A model generated the notes under the pieces. That model ran no database searches, was not told the origin of the DNA, and was given only the letters and a program-made list of their open reading frames with translations. From Vicinamibacterales bacterium (GTDB lineage Bacteria > Acidobacteriota > Vicinamibacteria > Vicinamibacterales > UBA8438), in NCBI GenBank assembly GCA_965202695.1, contig OZ241843.1, forward strand, positions 436,781 to 500,780: a DNA stretch of 64,000 nucleotides, given 5' to 3'. How positions within the stretch are numbered: position 1 is the stretch's first letter; every line of letters starts with the position of its first letter. Below, in pieces: positions 9,390 through 18,789 of the stretch. Both the position numbers and the translations under genes were made by a program.

Positions 9390-12300
9390 GACCCGTCACT
9401 ATCGGCGGCCCCAGGACGCCGTCCACCTTGTGGTTCGCGCTGTTCGAGATCGCATTCGCGCCCAGCCCCAGGCTCGCCGCCGCCGTGGAGTCGCGCGCGT
9501 CGTCGATCTCCCCGCCGTTCAGGGTCAGCGCGCCCGCCCCCACGCTGATCCCGTCCGTGTCCGCGTCCGCCGCGACCACCGTGTAGCGGAAAACCAGCGA
9601 CGCCGTCCCCGTCCCCGAAACGTACGACGCCTGCCGCGTCTGCGTGCCGATGGTCAAGGCCAGCCGCGGCGAACCCGTCACCGTCACCGGCCGCACGAAC
9701 GTCACCTGCGCCTCGATCCGCTCGTCCAGCCCGTAGGTGTCACCGCTGGCCGGGGTGCTCGTGATCGACACGCCGCTCACCGACGGCGCCGTGAACGTCG
9801 CACCCGCCACCTTGTGGCCCGCGCTGTTCGAGACGGCGTGGGCGCCCAGCCCCAGCACCGCGTCGGTCGTGCCGCCGGATACGTCGATCGTCCCGCCGTT
9901 CAGCGTCAGCGCGCCCGCCGCGATGCTGATCCCGTCCGCGTCCGCGTCCCCCGCCACCACCGTGTAGCGGAAAACCAGCGACGCCGTCCCCGTGCCCGAG
10001 GCGTACGACGCCTGCCGCGTCGCCGTCCCGACCCCCAGCGCCAGCCGCGGCGTCCCCGTGACGTCCACCGCCTTGTTGAACGTCACCGTCACTTCGATCC
10101 GCTCGCCCCGCTCGAACGTGCCGTCCGCCGCCGGCGAGTTCAGCGCCACGCCCTGCACCCCCGGCGGCCCCTGGGTGCTGTCCACCTTGTGGAGCGCGCT
10201 GTTGGAGATCGCGTTCGCGCCCAACCCCAGGCTTGCGGCCGCCATGGCGTCGCGCGCGTCGTCGATCCTCCCGCCGTTCAGGGTCAGCGCGTCCGCCGCG
10301 ACGCTGATCCCGTCCGCGTCCGCGTCGCCCGCGACCACCGTGTAGCTGAACGTCAGCGCCGTCGCCATCCTCGCGCCCGATACCCAGGCCGCCTGCCGGG
10401 TCGCCGTGCCGATGGTCAGCGCCAGTTGCGGCGAACCCGTCACCGCCACCCGCCGCGCGAACGTCACCCGCACCGTGATCTCGTCGCCCAGCCTGTACGT
10501 GCCGCCGACCGGGAAGTCCGTGATCGACACCTGGCTCACCGCCGCCGCCGTGAACGTCCCGCCCGCCACCTTGTGGCCCGTGCTGTTCGAGACGGCGTTC
10601 GGCCCCAGCCCCAGCGCCGCGTCCAGGGTCGCGCCCGCCGCCCGGATCGTCCCGCCGTTCAAGGTCAGCGCGCCCGCCGCGATGCTGATCCCGTCCGCGT
10701 CCGCGTCCGACGAGGCCACCGTGTAGCGGAACACCAGCGACGCCGTTCCCGTGCCCGAGACGTAGGACGCCTGCCGCGTCTGCGTCCCGACCCCCAGCGC
10801 CAGCCGCGGCGTCCCCGTCACGTCCACCGCGCTCCTGAACGTCAACGTGACTTCGATCCGCTCGCCGCGCTCGAACGTGTCGCCCGCCGCCGGCGAACCG
10901 ATCGTCAGACCCGTCACGTCCGGCGGCCCCCGGCTGCCGTCCACCTTGTGGCTCGAGTCGTTCGCAATCGTGTGCGTGCCCAGCCCCAGCAGGGCGTTCG
11001 TTCCCGCCGCGCTCCGGATCGTCCCGCCGGCCAGCGACAGGGCGCCCGCCCCCACGCCGATCCCGTCGACGTCCAGGTCGCCCACGGCCACCGTATAGCT
11101 GAACGTCAGGGCCGTCGTGCCGCTGCCGCCCGCGTACGCCGCGGACCGCGACCCCGTCCCGACCGCCAGGCTGACCCTCGGCGCGCCCGTCACCCTCACC
11201 GGGATGCGGAACCCCACCTGCACGTCGATCGTCTCTCCCCGCCCGTACGTGTCCCCGATCGCCGGACTGCTCGCAATCGAAACCAAGTTCACCGCCGGCG
11301 CCGGCGCCGTGCTTCCGTCCACCTTGTGGGCCGCGGCGGCCGCAATCGCGTTCACGCCCAGGCCCAGCGCCGCCGCCGTCCGGTTCCCGTTCAGGATCGT
11401 CCCCCCGTTCAGGCCCAGAGCGCCCGCCGAGACGCCGATCCCGTCACTGTCCCTGTCCGCCGCCTGCACCGTGTAGTGGAACGTCAGGGCCGTCGTGCCG
11501 CTGCCGCTCGCATACGCCGCCTGGGCCGTGGCGGCCCCGATCGTCAGCGCCAGTCGCGGCGTCCCCGTCACCGTCACCGCGGTCGAGAACCCCACCGCCA
11601 CCGCGATCCGCTCGCCCGCCCCGTAGGTGTCGCCGCTCACCGGACTGCTCGTGAGCGAAACCTGGCTCACGGCCGCCCGCGCCCCGTCCACCTTGTGGCC
11701 GCCGGCCGTCGGGAACCCGCCGACGCTCAGATTGGCGTTCACGCCGTTCCCGCTCCGCATCGTCCCGCCGTTGAGCGACAGGGCGCTCGTCCCCACGCTG
11801 ATCCCGGCGACGTCCAGATCCGTCGCCTGCACGGTGTAGCGGAACGTCAGGGCCGTCGTGCCGCTGCCGCTCGCATACGCCGCCTGGGCCGTGGCGGCCC
11901 CGATCGTCAGCGCCAGTTGCGGCGTCCCCGTCACCGTCACCGGGATCTGGAACCTCACCTCCACCGCGATCGTCTCTCCCGCGCCGTAGACGTCGCCGCT
12001 CGCCGGAGAACTCGAGACCCTGACTCCGTCCGACGGGGACCGCGGCGCCGTGGCGGGGCCGTTCACCTTGTGGTCCGCCTGGTTCGTCAGGGCGTGCGTG
12101 CCCAGCCCCAGCGCCGCGTTCGTCATCGCGGCGCTCCGGATGGTCCCGCCACCGAGGGCCAGCGCGCTCGCCCCGATCGCGATCCCGTCCGCGTCCGCAT
12201 CCGTCGCCAGCACCGTGTAACGGAACGTCAGCGTCCGCGTCCCGCTCCCGCCCGCGTAACCCGCCTGCCCCGTGCCGGTTCCGATGGTCAGCGCCAGCCG

Positions 12301-13056
12301 CGGCGTGCCCGTCACCGTCACCGGAATCTGGAACCCCACCTCCACCGCGATCGTCTCCGCCGCTCCGTACGTGTCTCCGCTCGCCGGACGGCTGCTGATC
12401 GCCACCGAACTCACCGCCGGAGCCGTCGCGGCTCCGTTCACCTTGTGGTCCGCCTGGTTCGTCAGGGCGTGCGCGCCCAACCCCAGCACGGCGTCGATCA
12501 TCGCGGCGCTCCGGATGGTCCCGCCACCGAAGGCCAGCGCGCTCGCCCCGATCGCGATCCCGTCCGCGTCCGCGTCCGTCGCCAGCACCGTGTAACGGAA
12601 CGTCAGCGTCTGCGTCCCGCTCCCGCTCGCGTAACCCGCCTGCCCCGTGCCGGTTCCGATGGTCAGCGCCAGCCGCGGCGTGCCCGTCACCGTCACCGGA
12701 ATCTGGAACCCCACCTCCACCGCGATCGTCTCGCCCGCTCCGTAGGTGTCCCCGCTCACCGGACTGCCCGCAATCGAAACCGAGCTCACCGCCGGCGCCG
12801 TTTGCGCCTCCGCGGCCGGCGCGAAAACGAAAACGGACAGCACCGCCAGACCGTGGAACCCCGCGCCGCGCGCGGCGCCGCCGGGCCGCGCCCGCACGGC
12901 GCCCGGGGCGGAATTCTTCCGCCTGCCCGCCCCGCCCCGCCGTCCTCCGCGCCGCCCGCCGCGGCTGCGCAGACCAGGCCCCCCGACGGTCCGCCCGGAG
13001 ACGGGAGGTAGTGCAGACAAAGGAAGGGCCGGGAGGGGAGGAGGGGGGTTCACCAT
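9390..13056 (-). pseudogene. Giant secreted protein with nine complete ~120-aa Ig-like repeats, truncated by IS3
   Basis: Signal-like AVLSVFVFAPAAEA; repeat SSPxSGDTYGxGETIxVxVxF..VTVTGTPRLALTIG..AxYASGSGT..LTFRYTVxAxDADADGI..LxLNGGTI..HKVDG; tenth repeat cut at the IS3 right end; start codon uncertain. Confidence 0.8.
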
Positions 13057-13424
13057 GCGACTCTTGCGCGATTGCCCGGTTCGGTCAGCGCTCGCGAACC
13101 CGCGAGACCCCACCTCGGACCGACGAGACCGGCGGGCCTCGGCGTCTGCCGGGGGACGGGAACCGGCCACGGCCGTCGCTCCCGCCGCGGCGCGAAGCCG
13201 GGCAGGGCCTGGAGGCGGCGTTTCGACAAGTTTATCGTCGAATCGAAACGACGCACCATCGGCAAGCGGACCGACGGCAGCGGCGAAAACCTCGCCGCGT
13301 TCGACGGCCCGGCGCGGGGTCGCGGACCGCGGGACGGTCCGGCGGACGACGCGGTCGGGCGGGATGCGGCGCCGCCCGCGATGCCGCGGGGCGCTTCGCC
13401 GCCGGCTGATAAGATGGCGCCCGC

Positions 13425-14345
13425 ATGGCCGACTCCCCGGTGGTCCGGGTCTCCGGCATTCGGAAGGCCTATGGCGCGACCGTGGCCGTGGACGACGTCT
13501 CGTTCACCGTGCGGGCGGGCGAGATCTTCGGCCTGATCGGCCCGAACGGAGCCGGGAAGACCACCACCCTGGAGTGCGTCGAGGGCCTGCGCCGGCCCGA
13601 CCGGGGGCGCATCGAGGTCCTCGGGCTCGACCCCGTCCGGGACGCCGGCGCCCTCCAGCCCCGCATCGGGGTGCAGTTGCAGGAGGCGCAGCTCCAGAAG
13701 CGCATCAAGGTGTGGGAGGCGGTGGACCTGTGGGCCGCGCTCTACGACACGGCGGTCGACGGAGACCGGCTGCTGGAGCAGCTCGGGCTGAGCGACAAGC
13801 GCGGCGCGTGGTTCATGACCCTCTCGGGGGGCCAGAAGCAGCGGCTGTTCATCGCCCTCGCCCTGATCAACGCGCCCGAGCTGGTGTTCCTCGACGAGCT
13901 CACCACCGGCCTCGACCCGCAGGCGCGGCGGGCCATCTGGGACCTCGTGCGGGCCATCCGCGACCGCGGCCGGACGGTCTTCCTGACGACCCACCTGATG
14001 GAAGAGGCGGAACGGCTGTGCGACCGGGTCGCCATCATCGAGCACGGGCGCATCGTCGCCCACGACACGCCGGCCGGGCTCGTCGCCCGCCACTGCCCCC
14101 GGCGCACGGTGGTGGTGACCACCGCCCACGACGGCGCCGCGGCCCGGTTCGCGGGTCTGGACTCGGCCGACGCGGTCCGCCGGGACGGCGAGCGGCACAC
14201 CATCCGCGGGCGCGGGGACGACCTCGTGACCGAGGTCATCCACTGCCTCTCGGAACACCGCATGCAGGTCACCGCGTTCCGCACCGTGGAACCGACGCTC
14301 GAGGACGTCTTCCTCACGCTGACCGGCCATTCCATCCGCGACTGA
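13425..14345 (+). CDS. ABC-2-type transporter ATP-binding protein
   Basis: GPNGAGKTT, LSGGQKQR, VFLDELTTGLDP, TTHLMEEAERLCDR. Confidence 0.93.
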   Translation: MADSPVVRVSGIRKAYGATVAVDDVSFTVRAGEIFGLIGPNGAGKTTTLECVEGLRRPDRGRIEVLGLDPVRDAGALQPRIGVQLQEAQLQKRIKVWEAVDLWAALYDTAVDGDRLLEQLGLSDKRGAWFMTLSGGQKQRLFIALALINAPELVFLDELTTGLDPQARRAIWDLVRAIRDRGRTVFLTTHLMEEAERLCDRVAIIEHGRIVAHDTPAGLVARHCPRRTVVVTTAHDGAAARFAGLDSADAVRRDGERHTIRGRGDDLVTEVIHCLSEHRMQVTAFRTVEPTLEDVFLTLTGHSIRD

Positions 14346-14384
14346 ACCGGCCCGAGGCGGGGCCGGCGCCGCCGCCCGACGCCC

Positions 14385-15149
14385 ATGACCCGACACCGCC
14401 CTCTGCGCGGCCTTCTGAAGCTCACCTGGCTCGAAATGAAGATCTTCGTGCGCGAGCCGATGGGCCTCATCGGGTCGGTGGTCGTCCCGGTGCTGATGTT
14501 CCTCGTCCTCGGGCGCACCTTCGGGCCGCGGCTCGCCCAGGGCGCGTCGCCGACCATGGTCCTGCTCCGCACCGGGCTTCCCGTGCTCGCGGCCGTCTTC
14601 ATCGCCGTCAGCGCGGTGCTGTCGCTGGTCGCGATCATCGCCATCTACCGCGAGGGGGGCATCCTCAAGCGGCTCCGCGCGACCCCCCTCGGCCCCGTCA
14701 CCATTCTCGTGGCCCACGTGCTGGTGAAGCTCGTCCTGACCGCGGTCACCGTGCTCCTGATGGTCCTCGCGGGGCGCCGCTACTACCCCGCGGGCGCCGA
14801 CGTGCCGCTGCTCTCGTTCACGGCCGCGCTGCTGTTCAGCACCTGGAGCATCCTGTCCATCGGCTTCATCGTCGCCAGCCTCGTGCGCACCGCGCGGTTC
14901 GCCCCGCCGATCGGCAGCCTCGCCCTCTACTCGATGCTGCCGTTCTGCGGGCTCTTCTTCCCCATCGACGCGCTGCCGCCCGCGATGCAGGCGGTCTCCC
15001 GGGTGGTGCCGCTGACCTACGCGGTGTCCCTGCTCTCGGGCATCTGGCGGGGCGACCCGTGGTCGGCCCATCTCGGGGACGTCGCGGCCCTCCTGGTCGT
15101 CTTCGGCGTGTGCACCCTGGCCGCGTCGCGGGTCTTCAGGTGGGAATGA
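14385..15149 (+). CDS. ABC-2-type transporter permease
   Basis: About six hydrophobic segments; YREGGILKRLRATP, GLFFPIDALP, PLTYAV. Confidence 0.9.
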   Translation: MTRHRPLRGLLKLTWLEMKIFVREPMGLIGSVVVPVLMFLVLGRTFGPRLAQGASPTMVLLRTGLPVLAAVFIAVSAVLSLVAIIAIYREGGILKRLRATPLGPVTILVAHVLVKLVLTAVTVLLMVLAGRRYYPAGADVPLLSFTAALLFSTWSILSIGFIVASLVRTARFAPPIGSLALYSMLPFCGLFFPIDALPPAMQAVSRVVPLTYAVSLLSGIWRGDPWSAHLGDVAALLVVFGVCTLAASRVFRWE

Positions 15150-15209
15150 AGCGGCGGCGGGCGGGATGCGGCGCCGCGCGCAATGCCGCGGGCCGTTCAC
15201 CGCGGGCGG

Positions 15210-15833
15210 TCAGCGTTCGCGCGCCGGCGTCCACGCGTCGGCGAGCCGGCGGCCCTCCGCGATCTGCCCGGCGGTGACCGCCGCCGCGAGCTCGGCGCGC
15301 TGGCCGGCGTAGAGACGCCAGTCGGGGGCGCCCACGCTGGCCCGCCACGCCAGCTCCATCCACATGGACGCGAGGACCGGGTCGGCATCGACGCCGGCGC
15401 CGTAGAGGTACAGGGCGCTCAACGCCGCCTGGGCCGGCGGATAGCCCTGCTCCGCCGCCGCCCGGTACCAGCGCGCCGCCGCCGCGTCGTCGCCGGCGAC
15501 GACGCGCCCCCGGAAGTAGAGGAGGCCCAGGTTGTACTGGGCCGCCGCGTGGCCCTGCCCGGCCGCGAGCCGGGTCCAGCGGACGGCCTCGGCGTCGTCC
15601 CGCGGCACGCCCTGTCCCGCGTAGTAGCGGCGGCCCAGTTCGGCCCGGGCGTCCGCGTCTCCCTGCTCCGCCCGCTCGCGCAGGCCCTCGGGAAGCTGGG
15701 CGGCGGCCGGCGGCAGGGCGGCGAGGACCACCACGGCGGCGGCCGCCGCGCGTCGACGCGCCGCGGCGCAGGCCGCGCCGGGGCGGCGCAGACGCCGCCG
15801 GCTCGCGGCGGGTCGGGGGATCATCCGATGCAT
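15210..15833 (-). CDS. Sel1-repeat protein
   Basis: AEQGDADARAELGRRYYAGQGV, AAGQGHAAAQYNLGLLY, AAEQGYPPAQAAL; signal-like N-terminus. Confidence 0.85.
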   Translation of the reverse strand: MHRMIPRPAASRRRLRRPGAACAAARRRAAAAAVVVLAALPPAAAQLPEGLRERAEQGDADARAELGRRYYAGQGVPRDDAEAVRWTRLAAGQGHAAAQYNLGLLYFRGRVVAGDDAAAARWYRAAAEQGYPPAQAALSALYLYGAGVDADPVLASMWMELAWRASVGAPDWRLYAGQRAELAAAVTAGQIAEGRRLADAWTPARER

Positions 15834-15864
15834 CCAGCGACCGTGGAAACCGGGGATCGCCGGA

Positions 15865-18786
15865 TCAGACGATCTGCCGGCGGGCGAGGGCGGCGAACGC
15901 GCCGTCGAGCGACATCAGCTCGTCGTAACGGCCGCTCTCGACTATCCGGCCCGCCTCCATCACGAAGATCCGGTCGGCGTCCTGCACCGTGCTGAGACGG
16001 TGGGCGATCACCACGCGGGTGACGCTCAGCTTCTTCAGCGAAGCCTGCACCTGCGCCTGGGTGCGGTTGTCCAGGGCGCTGGTCGCTTCGTCGAACAGCA
16101 GGATGCGGGGCTTCTGGGCGAGGGCGCGGGCGATCAGCAGCCGCTGTTTCTGCCCCCCGGAAAGTCCGCCTCCGCCCTCGGGCAGCACCGTGTGCATGCC
16201 CATGGGCATCGCCTCGACGTCCGCGGCGAGGCCGGCGGCGCGCGCCGCCGCCCACGCGTCCTCCATCGTCAGCGGCGCCGTGCTCGCGATGTTCTTGAAG
16301 ATGCTGTCGGCGAGCAGTTGCCCGGTCTGGAGCACCACCCCCATCTGGCCCCGGACGGCCGGCAGATCGAGGTTCGCGAGGTCGTGGCCGTCGAGGAAGA
16401 CGGCCCCCGCGTCCGGCTGCTCGAAACCGAGCATCAGGCGGTAGACCGTCGACTTCCCGGAGCCGGAAGGCCCGACGAAGGCCACGTAGTCGCCCTGCCG
16501 GATATGGAAGGACACGCCGTCGACCGCGTTCGGCAGATCCGGCAGATACCGGAACACGACGTTCGCGAACTCGACGTCCCCGGCGACCTCGTGCAGATGG
16601 CCGCCGGCCACCGTTTCGGGCCGGGCGTCGAGAATCGGCTGCGCGCGCTCGAAGAGCGGGAGCGCCGAGATCACCGTCGTCCACGCGGCCGTCAGGCCGG
16701 TCAGGGCCGCCGCGAACTGCCCGAACGCCGCGTTGAAGGACAGGAAGTCCTGGAGGGCGAATCCCGGCTGCAACTCGGCGTCGAGGAGCTGGTACCAGAT
16801 GAACGCGAACAGGCCGAGCGAGGACAGCGGCGCGAACATGGCGTTGACGGTGTTCTGCCCCGCGGCCCAGCGGCGGGCGGCGAGGGTCTCGCGCTTCTGC
16901 TCGGCGAACCGCTCCGCCCATCGCGCGAGCGCGAAGTGTTCGGCGTGCGCGATCCGCAGCTTGGCGACGCCCGAGATCATCTGGAACACGAGACCGTCGA
17001 TGGCGCCCTGAATCCGGAACGCCGCGCGATGGTGGCGCATCTGGGCGCGGGCCAGGAGCCAGGTCGCGCCGACCAGCAGCGACACCAGGAGGCCCGCGAT
17101 CAGCGCCAGCCGCCAACTGTAGTAGAAGAGCAGGGCATAGCTGAAGACGGAAAAGATGCCGCCGACCACGGCGGTGGCGGTGGCGCCGGTCAGCAGATGC
17201 CGGATCAGGCTGATGCCGTTCGCCCGGTCGGCCAGGTCGCCCGACGTGTAGTTCCGGAAGAACGGGAGCGGCAGCGCGAGCAGCCGGATCCAGACCGCGG
17301 CCTGCAGGCGCTCGTCGATGCGGCCCTCGATGCGCAGCATCGCCAGCGCGCGCACGACTTCGAACGCCGCGGTGCAGAGCGCGCCCAGGAACAGCGCGCC
17401 GAGCATGGCCATCCACATCGGGGTGTCGACGCGCGGGATGACCTGGGCCAGCAGGCGGCCGGTCAGCTCCGGGGTCAGCAGCGCGATAACCGCGCCGGCG
17501 ACCCCCATGCCGGCCACCGCCCGCAGATCCCGTTCGCACCCGCGCACGGCGTCCCGCAGCAAGCCCGGCCCGCTCTCGACGCTCTCCGGGATCGGCGCGT
17601 ACAACACGACCCCGTGCCGCCCGAGCCGGGCGGCGAGCTCGTCGTCGACCTCGGCGGACGCGCCGCTCACCGGATCGACGGCGCGATGGGCGCCGCGCCG
17701 GTCCGACAGCACGGCGACCGGCCGATCCCCGCCGGCCGCGGTCTCCAGCCCGACGAAGGAGGGACCGCCCCGGCGCCACCACCCGGGCGCCAGGACGATC
17801 CGGCGCGACCGCATCCCGGACCGGCGGGCGACCGCCGCGACCGCCTCCATCGGGTCGTCGTGGTCGGTCATCCCGACCGGGACGTCGAAATCGACGCCCA
17901 TGGCGTCGGCGATCAGACCGACCGCCGTCTGCAGCGGCGTCCGGCCGGTTCGCACCGCGCCCTCGCCGGCGCCCGTCGGCCGCAGCACGCCGCCGAGGGT
18001 GCGCGACGTCATCGCCGCGGTATCCCGGCGCGTCCGGTCCGCGCGGCTGTGCCGGTCGCGACCGGTTTCGAACTGCTCCTGCGAGTGGATGCGGGAGTAG
18101 CGCAGGGCCAGCAGGCTGTAACGATCGAACGCGGGCCACAGACGCCCGGTGACGACGGCGGTCGGCGTGTGGATCGCGGACACCGCCGTATCCGCGTCGA
18201 ACTCGAACCAGTTCCGTTCCGACAAGGGCAGGAGCTCGCCCGCCGCCAGCACCAGATCGGCCCGGCCGGTGAAGCGCATCGGCCGGTCGGCGCTGACCCA
18301 GAGCACGTCCGAGTGGTGCGCGCTCACCACCGACGCCGCGGGACAGGGCACGTCCGGGTCCGCCTCGAGCAGCCGCAGGTCGCTCGACGCCGGGCGCCGG
18401 CCCCGGGCCATGAACTCCGAGAGGCGGAAGATCCAGTCGTCGATCCAGATCGTCACGTCGATGCCGAAGTTCTCGGCGTTCACGAGGCCGGCGCGATCGC
18501 ACTCGACGACCACCGCGCTCCGGGCGGGGATCGCCTGGAAGTTGATGGAACAGCCCTCCGCGGCGCGCTCGAAGACCGGCGCGCCGAAGGCGATGGCGCC
18601 GGCGGGGACGCGGCCCACGAACGGCTTGCGGTTGGAGGGCTCGCCGTCCTCCATTTCGACCGCGAAGAGGTCCAGGTGCCCCTGCTCGACGTAGAAGGCG
18701 CGCGCGGGGTCGTCAAGCAGGAACGGCTGGTTCGCGCCGGCGGCGAACGACCGCCGTTTCACGCGTTCGATGACGGCGGCGCTCAT
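15865..18786 (-). CDS. NHLP bacteriocin-export ABC transporter permease/ATPase
   Basis: N-terminal FLLDDP..FYVEQGHLDLF domain; WWRRGGP; RLLALPLPFFRNYTSGDLADR; GPSGSGKST; LSGGQKQR; FDEATSALDN. Confidence 0.9.
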   Translation of the reverse strand: MSAAVIERVKRRSFAAGANQPFLLDDPARAFYVEQGHLDLFAVEMEDGEPSNRKPFVGRVPAGAIAFGAPVFERAAEGCSINFQAIPARSAVVVECDRAGLVNAENFGIDVTIWIDDWIFRLSEFMARGRRPASSDLRLLEADPDVPCPAASVVSAHHSDVLWVSADRPMRFTGRADLVLAAGELLPLSERNWFEFDADTAVSAIHTPTAVVTGRLWPAFDRYSLLALRYSRIHSQEQFETGRDRHSRADRTRRDTAAMTSRTLGGVLRPTGAGEGAVRTGRTPLQTAVGLIADAMGVDFDVPVGMTDHDDPMEAVAAVARRSGMRSRRIVLAPGWWRRGGPSFVGLETAAGGDRPVAVLSDRRGAHRAVDPVSGASAEVDDELAARLGRHGVVLYAPIPESVESGPGLLRDAVRGCERDLRAVAGMGVAGAVIALLTPELTGRLLAQVIPRVDTPMWMAMLGALFLGALCTAAFEVVRALAMLRIEGRIDERLQAAVWIRLLALPLPFFRNYTSGDLADRANGISLIRHLLTGATATAVVGGIFSVFSYALLFYYSWRLALIAGLLVSLLVGATWLLARAQMRHHRAAFRIQGAIDGLVFQMISGVAKLRIAHAEHFALARWAERFAEQKRETLAARRWAAGQNTVNAMFAPLSSLGLFAFIWYQLLDAELQPGFALQDFLSFNAAFGQFAAALTGLTAAWTTVISALPLFERAQPILDARPETVAGGHLHEVAGDVEFANVVFRYLPDLPNAVDGVSFHIRQGDYVAFVGPSGSGKSTVYRLMLGFEQPDAGAVFLDGHDLANLDLPAVRGQMGVVLQTGQLLADSIFKNIASTAPLTMEDAWAAARAAGLAADVEAMPMGMHTVLPEGGGGLSGGQKQRLLIARALAQKPRILLFDEATSALDNRTQAQVQASLKKLSVTRVVIAHRLSTVQDADRIFVMEAGRIVESGRYDELMSLDGAFAALARRQIV

Positions 18787-18789
18787 GGC

